Shown: positions 38,053 to 45,956 of the stretch, piece after piece | Position numbering within the stretch: the first letter of the stretch is position 1 | Layout: each line of letters opens with the position of its first letter | DNA from: a virus | Lineage: Duplodnaviria > Caudoviricetes | Direction: 5' to 3' (one strand) | Virus record (IMG/VR): IMGVR_UViG_3300028025_001549 | Span: 1 to 60,465 of that record | Length of the DNA: 60,465 nt | Program-made: the position numbers and the translations under genes | Notes under the pieces: generated by a model | Databases searched by the model: none | Told to the model about the DNA's origin: nothing | The model's input: the letters and a program-made list of their open reading frames with translations, nothing else

Positions 38053-38911
38053 TAAATTTACTTACGGAATGGAAATAGAGTGGGGTGATATTCCTCGCTC
38101 TTTTTCAATTCCAGAACATCTCGGCACTTGGGAATTCTCAGAACGAGATATTATTAATCTAAGAGAGCCATATCAATATGTCTGCGCTGACCCACTTGGT
38201 ATCGATCCTCCATTCGGTGGTGAGATCAACACGAAACCGACTAGAACTTGGGAAGAACAAGTTGATCGGTATTTTGAACTTCAAAAACTATTCACAGATA
38301 ATGGTACTCCACCTACAATTGGTGCTACTGCTCATACACACATTCATTGTCGTGTGCCTAATCTACGTGATGATATCGATGCACTGAAGCGTCTAACCAA
38401 ATACATTAAAGAAAACCAACACGATACTGTAGAGAACGTATATGGTTACTTTGAGCACAATCAAATGAAAGGTGCCAAAGGCGCAAAGATGTATTTGAAG
38501 TTTGATGGTGGTCGTACTCTTCCAGATTATATGGCAGATAACATCATCAATCTAGCAACAGACTTTCCTTCATTCATTAAGATGCACGCTGCAGGTAAAG
38601 ATGGAGTGTCAATGGGTCGCCCATTCCGATACGCTATTAATATGTACGCATTGAAACATATCGATACTGTAGAGTTTAGATTGTTTCGTGGAACAATGGA
38701 TCGTACTCAATTAGAATCTTGCTTTAGATTTGTTCAAGACTTCCTCGATGCTGCGCTGAACGATGGTCAAAGTGTTCTTGAACTAATCTCAAATAACAAT
38801 TATACTTTCCCTCCAATGATTTGGGAGTTGAATCAGTTTATTGGCTGGGAGAAAACTAAACATCCAGAAGATCGTGGAGAAAAGGTAAGAACTTATGTTG
38901 AAGTTGTCTAA
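38027..38911 (+). CDS. amidoligase (COOH-NH2 ligase, GS/GCS-like fold)
   Basis: TYGMEIEW, GGEIN, HTHIH, RYAIN, TVEFRLF. Confidence 0.8.
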   Translation: MNLKPYPTDKFTYGMEIEWGDIPRSFSIPEHLGTWEFSERDIINLREPYQYVCADPLGIDPPFGGEINTKPTRTWEEQVDRYFELQKLFTDNGTPPTIGATAHTHIHCRVPNLRDDIDALKRLTKYIKENQHDTVENVYGYFEHNQMKGAKGAKMYLKFDGGRTLPDYMADNIINLATDFPSFIKMHAAGKDGVSMGRPFRYAINMYALKHIDTVEFRLFRGTMDRTQLESCFRFVQDFLDAALNDGQSVLELISNNNYTFPPMIWELNQFIGWEKTKHPEDRGEKVRTYVEVV

Positions 38912-39449
38912 GTGTTCCCGTGCTGAATTTATCTCAAGTATAGATCAGACGAATCCACTTGATAACTTTGCCAGAACATTTGTTGCCAAAGCAGATATGC
39001 AAGACCAATGGGATTATTGTATTGGTGTATATGATGGTAATGATTTAACTGCTGCAATTATTACCACAATATCAAAGACCAAACCTCATGTTGCCAACCT
39101 TCAACTCTTACACACATTTGCAAAACATAGAGGTAAAGGTTCTGCTAGAATTCTATGCGAGGATTCGTTAAAACGTGCCAGAACAAATGGGGCTACATAT
39201 TATAGGGTGTCCTCTGAGAAACCTGCAGTGGGGTTTTACGAGCGTCTGGGGTTTAAGTTTTGGGGAGCCCAAAAGAGCGGATGCTCCCTATCGGTCTTTA
39301 GAATAGGGGGAGATACCTTCTTAGAGGGCGACTACGACCTCTCCGACACGACTATCAATAAAGCGGTCAACCGTAAGGGTAAAGGGGGTTGTACGACCTT
39401 CTACGACCTTGCAAACACCCAAAATAGGGTCAAAATAGACGATTTTTGA
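38895..39449 (+). CDS. GNAT acetyltransferase
   Basis: HRGKGSAR (motif A) and AVGFYERLGF (motif B). Confidence 0.85.
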   Translation: MLKLSKCSRAEFISSIDQTNPLDNFARTFVAKADMQDQWDYCIGVYDGNDLTAAIITTISKTKPHVANLQLLHTFAKHRGKGSARILCEDSLKRARTNGATYYRVSSEKPAVGFYERLGFKFWGAQKSGCSLSVFRIGGDTFLEGDYDLSDTTINKAVNRKGKGGCTTFYDLANTQNRVKIDDF

Positions 39450-39451
39450 GT

Positions 39452-39492
39452 CAAATATCGCTTTACTTTTATTGCGAAATAGGGTATAATAG
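39452..39492 (+). promoter_or_regulatory. early promoter module 4 (41 bp near-identical to 45898-45938)
   Basis: TTTACT 39462-39467, N17, TATAAT 39485-39490. Confidence 0.8.
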
Positions 39493-39523
39493 TGGTTGTA
39501 ACAATTGAAAATGGAACTATATC

Positions 39524-40810
39524 ATGAAACACACTACAAAATTTTATCTATATGCATGGTTAAAACGACAACCATATACAGTTAATATGGGAAAGAAGGT
39601 TTCGCAAAAAACTTCTTACGTTTCATCAGCATCATCACAAGAGTTCTGGAATGATTTTGGTAATGCCAAACTAGAACAGTATTGTATTTTTGAATCTGAT
39701 GATGAAGCAGTTGTTAGTGCATCTGAGTGGTGGGGACTTGATTATGGTATGAAAGTTTTGGGTAAAAATAAATTCTACAACAAGGTCAACAATGCCCATC
39801 GTGGCGACCAATCGTTAGTAACAGAAGAAATCAAACAGAAGATAGTTGACTTCTATGAAGGTAAATTGAAGCCAGAAACAACTACTGATACATTCTCACT
39901 TGGTAGGAATATTATTGACAAGGTTGAGAATGGTTTTTACCCAGTCATTCAATATCCAGTATACAAACTGGTTGAATTACAACGTAACCAAGCACGGGCG
40001 ATTGAACAGAATGTCACTACTGAAGACCAGATTGTTCGAGCATATAATGACTCACCAGAACAAGTGTTGCGTGATATCACTCCAGCAACATTAGTGAAAC
40101 GTCCAGATGGTAGTCTTGAAATTGTTAATGGCCATACTCGAATTGGTGCTGCTTCTAGATGTCGTGGATGGAATGAGATTCCTGTTTGTATAATAGAAGA
40201 ATCTGACTTTGGTGACACGAAAAAAGATATCGCTATTAATATCTTGCTCGCTGGTAGTTATGCTAATCGCCGAAGTCCAGTCATTACTAAAGAAAACACT
40301 GATGAAGACCTTATGTTCCAGATGGAAAATTATCTGGTAATTCAGGAGATGGATGCTTCTGTTGAAACTGCTCAAGAGTATATCAGAGAAGTTCTTACTG
40401 CTGAGTTTACAAAGAGCGCAGGTTCTAAAAGGGCAGCATCAGGTATTGTTACTAAGATTTTTAACAAGTACGAGAAACAGAAAAATGAAATGTCAATCAC
40501 TAAGAACATGATTGTTTATAGTGATTCTGAACTGCGTGATTATTGTTATAAGAAATATGAGAAGCGTGGCATCGCTGCTGTTCACTCAACTATGAGTAGC
40601 ATGGCTCACTTTGACCCACTTGGTTTTATCTTCCATCACTCAAGTCATATGAATACTCTCCCTAAGAAACTCGCTATTGTACTTCACTGTAGGACAAAAG
40701 ACGAATATGTAAAAGGACAAGCTGCTGGTAAAGTTACCGCAATGCAAAGGGTCATCGATGGCTATAAACTACCTGTCGTGATTGATGTTTTACCTTCCTT
40801 TGAAGAATAA
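39524..40810 (+). CDS. ParB/Srx-like domain protein with GIY-YIG-like N-terminus
   Basis: LEIVNGHTRIGAA...IPVCII (ParB-like); FYLY..MGKK..YVSS..E..FYNK N-domain. Confidence 0.6.
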   Translation: MKHTTKFYLYAWLKRQPYTVNMGKKVSQKTSYVSSASSQEFWNDFGNAKLEQYCIFESDDEAVVSASEWWGLDYGMKVLGKNKFYNKVNNAHRGDQSLVTEEIKQKIVDFYEGKLKPETTTDTFSLGRNIIDKVENGFYPVIQYPVYKLVELQRNQARAIEQNVTTEDQIVRAYNDSPEQVLRDITPATLVKRPDGSLEIVNGHTRIGAASRCRGWNEIPVCIIEESDFGDTKKDIAINILLAGSYANRRSPVITKENTDEDLMFQMENYLVIQEMDASVETAQEYIREVLTAEFTKSAGSKRAASGIVTKIFNKYEKQKNEMSITKNMIVYSDSELRDYCYKKYEKRGIAAVHSTMSSMAHFDPLGFIFHHSSHMNTLPKKLAIVLHCRTKDEYVKGQAAGKVTAMQRVIDGYKLPVVIDVLPSFEE

Positions 40811-41826
40811 TGGATTACAGACAACCACAAAATAATAGAGAAGCGTTCATCCGCTGGTACGCATGGTCATTAAAGTATGATGACTGTGACCCAGCTGTTT
40901 GGGCAACGAACTACCTCAACAAACGCTACGAGCATAATGATGAACAACGTCTTTGGCTTGCGTGGCTTTACGGTAACACTTATCAATTACCAACTGCGTG
41001 GGTATTGATGAATGAATTTCCTGATTATGAATTAGCAACAGTTGATAGAATTACGCAATGGAATACTACAAACTACAAACGACTGCGTTACCAAACTGAT
41101 ACAAAGTGGAACAAGGGGCATCTACCTGCCATGTTTGCTTCTTATCAACAGTTCATTGGTAACAGAACACAACGAGAAAGAATGGAAGGTTTTTATGGAG
41201 ATAATGAGGAAGCAAACTTTGATAACTTGTGGGAAAGCGTTAAGTCTGGGCTGCATAAGTTTGGTCGCTATTCCACTTGGTTTTATCTTCAGCATCTTAA
41301 GCATACCGCTGGTATTCGCATCAGCCCTACTAGTCTCATGCTGGATGATTATGATGGCTCTCGCTCTCATCGTAATGGATTACTTTGCGCCCTCGGCAGA
41401 CACGACGATATGGATAGAAAACTCAATGCAGGCGAGTATGCAACTCTTGAGCACGAAGCCAGATCTATTATCACCGAAACCAAAGATAGATTCCCAGATT
41501 TGGAAGCGCAAATAGATTTCTTTACAATGGAAACCTGCTTATGTTCATTCAAGAAAATCTTTAGAGCACACCATGGTCGTTACCTTGGATATTACCTAGA
41601 TCGTCAGGCTGAAGAGATTATCAAAGCTGAGGGTGATGGTTGGTATGGTATTGATTGGGATGTCCTTTGGCAAGCAAGAGATGAAACTATTGACTTACGC
41701 TTGGATAACAAAAGAGGAATTGATAAAGAAAAGTTTCCTGCATTTATAAATTCAGGTAGAATAGAAAACTTGGAATGGATGTTTGATGATGAAGAACCTA
41801 TGTTGATTGGATTGGAGAATTTTTAA
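40810..41826 (+). CDS. amino acid:DNA transferase (alpha-glutamyl/putrescinyl-thymine pyrophosphorylase-like, HhH fold)
   Basis: DCDP, WLAWLYG, KFGRYSTWFYLQHL, METCLCSFKK, YLGYY. Confidence 0.78.
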   Translation: MDYRQPQNNREAFIRWYAWSLKYDDCDPAVWATNYLNKRYEHNDEQRLWLAWLYGNTYQLPTAWVLMNEFPDYELATVDRITQWNTTNYKRLRYQTDTKWNKGHLPAMFASYQQFIGNRTQRERMEGFYGDNEEANFDNLWESVKSGLHKFGRYSTWFYLQHLKHTAGIRISPTSLMLDDYDGSRSHRNGLLCALGRHDDMDRKLNAGEYATLEHEARSIITETKDRFPDLEAQIDFFTMETCLCSFKKIFRAHHGRYLGYYLDRQAEEIIKAEGDGWYGIDWDVLWQARDETIDLRLDNKRGIDKEKFPAFINSGRIENLEWMFDDEEPMLIGLENF

Positions 41827-42248
41827 TGGCTATTACTAAAGGACAATTTGGTGGATTGACTGGTGCGATTTATGATGATATGAATAGTAGTGTAACTATT
41901 TCATCACCAATGATGGGTAGCGCAAGCACAATTACTACCAGTTCTAATATCACACCAATGCGCACTCCGACTGAAGTTATTCTAGATCGTTATCAGTTAA
42001 ATGAAATCACTGTTCAGCATCGAGTTCAAGAGTTTGAACTTATGAAACTGCGTGAAAGTAATGTAGATTATGCTACTGAGATTAAACAAAATCTAGCCAA
42101 GTGGGCTTCAGAAGAAGTTACTAACAAGATGACCTTTACTAAAAAGACAGAAATAAACACAGATACCCATTCTTTCCGTGGACGTGTATGGGTCTTTAGT
42201 AAAGAAGAACTAATTAAAATGATTGAGGAAATTAGAAATGGCATTTAA
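41826..42248 (+). CDS. hypothetical protein within the modification cluster
   Basis: 140 aa ORF coupled to both neighbours. Confidence 0.6.
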   Translation: MAITKGQFGGLTGAIYDDMNSSVTISSPMMGSASTITTSSNITPMRTPTEVILDRYQLNEITVQHRVQEFELMKLRESNVDYATEIKQNLAKWASEEVTNKMTFTKKTEINTDTHSFRGRVWVFSKEELIKMIEEIRNGI

Positions 42249-42849
42249 TGAAAACGTGGGTGTAGTTGACACCATCAAAGTAGAAAGGGTAACTAATGCT
42301 ATGAAGACCAGAAAGATTATCGCAGTTGGTGGCTCACCTGGAACTGGCAAGACTACTTTGTTTCGTAAGTTTATGGAAGATAAAACTTGGCTAGAAGTTT
42401 CCCCTGCCAAGTTGGTAAATGCCAGTTACAATACCGAGAGAGATTTATACATCCTTGGTAAGTATGATGATGGCGAAGTATTCGCTGGAACTGACCGACT
42501 ATCCATGGCAGTTCAACCACCTCTTCAAGAATGGGTCGCCTCCCATAATTGTAATATCCTTTTCGAGGGAGATCGGGTTTTTAACCAATCATTCCTAGAG
42601 TTCTGTATGGGTCTCCCAAATACACAATTAGAAGTGGTATTTCTAAAGGCTCCAAAAGATATCCTAGAACAACGCTATAAAGATCGTGGATCCGACCAAT
42701 CTGAGCAATTCCTACGTGGAAGAGAAACTAAATATAGTAACCTGATGTCAAACTTTGATTTGATGCCATATATTACTGAGTTTGCAAACACTAACTTAGA
42801 GGAGCAGACGAAGGTACTTGCTTTTTTGGAGAAGCAATTTATTAGTTAA
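42238..42849 (+). CDS. P-loop nucleotide kinase of the type linked to base-modification clusters
   Basis: GGSPGTGKTT, LGKY..GTDRLSMAVQP, LFEGDR, RY..RGS.Q. Confidence 0.78.
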   Translation: MAFNENVGVVDTIKVERVTNAMKTRKIIAVGGSPGTGKTTLFRKFMEDKTWLEVSPAKLVNASYNTERDLYILGKYDDGEVFAGTDRLSMAVQPPLQEWVASHNCNILFEGDRVFNQSFLEFCMGLPNTQLEVVFLKAPKDILEQRYKDRGSDQSEQFLRGRETKYSNLMSNFDLMPYITEFANTNLEEQTKVLAFLEKQFIS

Positions 42850-42869
42850 GCAAGCATCTTCTAGGGAAT

Positions 42870-43565
42870 ATGAATTACCTAGAGAAAGCTGATTTTGACT
42901 GGATGGACTTACTCAATTTCTATGAGCGTCCATTTAGAGCAAAACTCATTCCAGCAAAAGTATGGGTAGATCTAGATTCATATAAACACGACTCAATCGG
43001 GTTAACAAACTATGCTAGAAAATGGCGCACTAAGATAGAGTGGCGCAATGAAAAGTCCAAAGCAAAGTGGGCAACAAATTATGTAGCAATCGGTGGCGAG
43101 TATTCTCCTGATGATCGCCAAATAACCCTACAGATTTATACAAAGAAATTTAATAGTTTCCCTTTCACTGATAAATCTTGGTCATCATTTAAGATGAGAT
43201 TTATTCAGACTCTTATGCATGAGATAATTCACTTCATGCAATATGACAGAAGGGGTGATGAATGGAGTAACTACGTTGTTCCATATAAGAAAGTTGGCAT
43301 AGCCAAGAAAGATGAACAGAGAGCATACCTCTCTGAGTTTGATGAGATACAAGCATATGCGCATTGTGTGTATCTAGACTTTAAAATGCGCAGACCAAAT
43401 GTAGATATCGACACCCTGTTGAATCGTTATAAGACAAAACGAGATTCATCTACACTCCACTATTTCTTAAAGACGTTCGACTACGATTTAAGAAACAACA
43501 TAGCCACTCGTAAGATTATAGACCAGATCGGTAAATGGGATCGCAAGTATAATCGCATGACCTAA
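42870..43565 (+). CDS. hypothetical protein with HExxH zincin-like motif
   Basis: TLMHEIIHFMQY and downstream YLSEFDEIQAYA. Confidence 0.65.
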   Translation: MNYLEKADFDWMDLLNFYERPFRAKLIPAKVWVDLDSYKHDSIGLTNYARKWRTKIEWRNEKSKAKWATNYVAIGGEYSPDDRQITLQIYTKKFNSFPFTDKSWSSFKMRFIQTLMHEIIHFMQYDRRGDEWSNYVVPYKKVGIAKKDEQRAYLSEFDEIQAYAHCVYLDFKMRRPNVDIDTLLNRYKTKRDSSTLHYFLKTFDYDLRNNIATRKIIDQIGKWDRKYNRMT

Positions 43566-43568
43566 ATA
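43561..43568 (+). promoter_or_regulatory. late promoter variant CCTAAATA
   Basis: TAAATA core upstream of 43593. Confidence 0.55.
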
Positions 43569-43592
43569 TCCCTATGTTAATATGGGGTTATT

Positions 43593-44507
43593 ATGGCTAC
43601 AGCAAATACAATTCTTTCTGATATAAATGAAATCCAAACTGGATACTTTCTCAATGGAGAAAAGTGGTATGACAGCGATGCTAAAGCACAGTTTGAGCAA
43701 AGAAGTAAACAAGCAACTCCAGAAGAAGTAAAGGATGCTATTGCCAAAGCAAAGGTAATGGCAAGTGAGTTTGTTATATGGGCTAAGAATAATGGTTACA
43801 GATTGCCAATTAAAAATATTTGGTGGACTGCTCGACCAAATTCAATGTCGTCTGCTGTTGGTTATCCTGTTGATCAAAAGAAAAACCCAACTGATATTCT
43901 AGTTAAGTTTAGCTCTGGACCATCTGATGGGTTTCTAGGATTATCTGCTAAAGCCACCCAAGGTAAAGGAGAGATTGGATTTAAGAATCCTGGACTTGGA
44001 ACTATTGACAGAAATCTAGGATTGCATCTAACTGAAGAATATAACAATCAAGTAAAGCAAGCAGTTAAGAAATACTCATTACCTGAGACTGCCACTACCC
44101 GTAAAACATACATACGAGCAAATCCAGGTATCAAAAAACAAACAGAAGAAATTGGTGTATCTATCTTGGCAGCAATGCGCGATGAATTAATGGTTCGTCT
44201 ACAAAAAATGAAACAACCAGAGTTAATGAAGTACCTTTTAACTGACTGGATGGACGCTGATATAATGAAACCTCCTTACATCAAAGTTACTGGTCAGGGG
44301 AATAAAGAGCCATACCGAGCCATTGTTATGGATCCTACCGCCAATGATAAACTAAGTGCTTTGGGTAAATATGCAATTACTTTAGAAAATGTGGGTAATG
44401 AGTCTATCGGTGTTAAAGCAGGTGAAAAGAAGATTATGAAGATCCGATTTAAGTTCGAATCCGAAAAGATCGCTTCCTCTGTTAAGTTATCTGGGGAACC
44501 TTGGTAA
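43593..44507 (+). CDS. PD-(D/E)xK-like nuclease-fold protein, normal-composition paralog of 47150
   Basis: N-terminal NE, PTDILV, GLSAK pattern; aligns by eye with 47150-48196. Confidence 0.6.
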   Translation: MATANTILSDINEIQTGYFLNGEKWYDSDAKAQFEQRSKQATPEEVKDAIAKAKVMASEFVIWAKNNGYRLPIKNIWWTARPNSMSSAVGYPVDQKKNPTDILVKFSSGPSDGFLGLSAKATQGKGEIGFKNPGLGTIDRNLGLHLTEEYNNQVKQAVKKYSLPETATTRKTYIRANPGIKKQTEEIGVSILAAMRDELMVRLQKMKQPELMKYLLTDWMDADIMKPPYIKVTGQGNKEPYRAIVMDPTANDKLSALGKYAITLENVGNESIGVKAGEKKIMKIRFKFESEKIASSVKLSGEPW

Positions 44508-44519
44508 CATATTGCGTAT

Positions 44520-44527
44520 TATAAATA
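44520..44527 (+). promoter_or_regulatory. late promoter TATAAATA
   Basis: Exact consensus upstream of 44559. Confidence 0.75.
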
Positions 44528-44558
44528 ACCATATAACACTACTTAATTGATGGATTAA

Positions 44559-45428
44559 ATGAAAGATTATAGACAACTAATCAGAGAACTACCGAGTAAA
44601 ACGATAGTCCTAGCCTGTTCGAAGTTTAACCCTCCGACTATCGGACATGAACTTCTAATCAAGGCAGTCAAATCTGTAGCCGAGCAAAAGAATGCCAGCT
44701 ACGCCATTTATGCATCCGATTCTAGCGATGCGAAAAAGAATCCCTTAATTGTAGAAAAGAAATTGCAGTATTTGAATGCATTGTTTCCGAACACGCAGTT
44801 CAATACTTACTCTGACAACATGAGCGAAGTGGTTGCTAAATTAAAAGAAACCTATCGTAATGTTATCATTGTTACCAGCGCAGACAAAGTAGCTTCCATG
44901 AAGAAATCTCTAAAGGAAGCTACAGTCATATCAGCTATGGATAAAGATCCTGACAGCGAAGACGCTACTCGTAATTATGCAGTCAAAGGTTTATACGAAG
45001 ATTTTAAAAAGAATCTACCATCAGCAATACGTGATATTGATTCTCGTAGATTAATGAATGATATTAGAATTGGTTCAGGACTTGATCCAATCAAAGAAGA
45101 AATTAAATTAGTTAAAGACGAACTACGTGAACAATATTTTCGTGGCGAAATCTTTAATGTTGGTGAGCAAGTAGAAGCCGATGGCCAACAATATGAAATT
45201 GTTAAGCGTGGTTCTAATCACCTATTATTAAAAGAATCTACTGGTAAATTAGTCAGCAAGTGGATTCAGAATGTTAAATTAGTAGAGAAAAAAGTAGAAA
45301 AGAAAAAGCTGAAGTCTTTTAAATCTACTGTTAGAAATACTGAACAGCCAGCTGGTTTGGCTCCACAAGATTTTACTTCTAGAACATTTGATGCGTTTTC
45401 AAACACTACAGTTACACCTGGAATTTAA
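44559..45428 (+). CDS. cytidyltransferase-like (HIGH superfamily) protein, partly degenerate
   Basis: KFNPPTIGHELL, DAKKNPL, DPD; C-terminal LREQYFRGEIFNVGE domain. Confidence 0.75.
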   Translation: MKDYRQLIRELPSKTIVLACSKFNPPTIGHELLIKAVKSVAEQKNASYAIYASDSSDAKKNPLIVEKKLQYLNALFPNTQFNTYSDNMSEVVAKLKETYRNVIIVTSADKVASMKKSLKEATVISAMDKDPDSEDATRNYAVKGLYEDFKKNLPSAIRDIDSRRLMNDIRIGSGLDPIKEEIKLVKDELREQYFRGEIFNVGEQVEADGQQYEIVKRGSNHLLLKESTGKLVSKWIQNVKLVEKKVEKKKLKSFKSTVRNTEQPAGLAPQDFTSRTFDAFSNTTVTPGI

Positions 45429-45875
45429 ATGAACGAATTAACAACTGCAATTAAAGTTTTGCTGGCTAATGCTACTGTAATGTATTACAAAGTGCATCAG
45501 TTCCATTGGAATATAGAGGGTATTGAGTTCACTCAGTACCACGAGTTCTTTGGCGATTTATATGCTGAAGTTTATGGATCAATCGATCCAACTGCAGAAT
45601 GGCTACGCAAGTTAGATGAATATGCTCCAGTAAGTATGGATGAGTTATTCAAATATAAAACATTAAAAGAAGAATCTCAACGTGTTGAGAAACTTGAAGA
45701 TATATTCGTGAGTCTTATCGCTGCAAACCAAGAAGTCTTGGACAGCCTAAATAAAGTGTTCACTATTGCTAATGCCAATAAACAGCAAGGTGTTTGTAAC
45801 TTTATAGCGGATAGAATAGATACTCATCAGAAGCATGCTTGGTTCTTAAAAGCATCTGCGAAGAAAATAGGATAA
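45429..45875 (+). CDS. dps: Dps-family ferritin-like protein
   Basis: HQFHWNIEG, FTQYHEFFGDLY, D.TAE, HQKHAWFL. Confidence 0.9.
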   Translation: MNELTTAIKVLLANATVMYYKVHQFHWNIEGIEFTQYHEFFGDLYAEVYGSIDPTAEWLRKLDEYAPVSMDELFKYKTLKEESQRVEKLEDIFVSLIAANQEVLDSLNKVFTIANANKQQGVCNFIADRIDTHQKHAWFLKASAKKIG

Positions 45876-45938
45876 CCCTCAGAAGTTGAGGGGATTGCAA
45901 ATATCGCTTTACTTTTATTGCAAAATAGGGTATAATAG
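45876..45938 (+). promoter_or_regulatory. early promoter module 5
   Basis: CCCTCA-GAAGT-TGAGGG 45876-45892; TTTACT 45908-45913, N17, TATAAT 45931-45936. Confidence 0.8.
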
Positions 45939-45956
45939 GTTAATAGGATATAAAAA

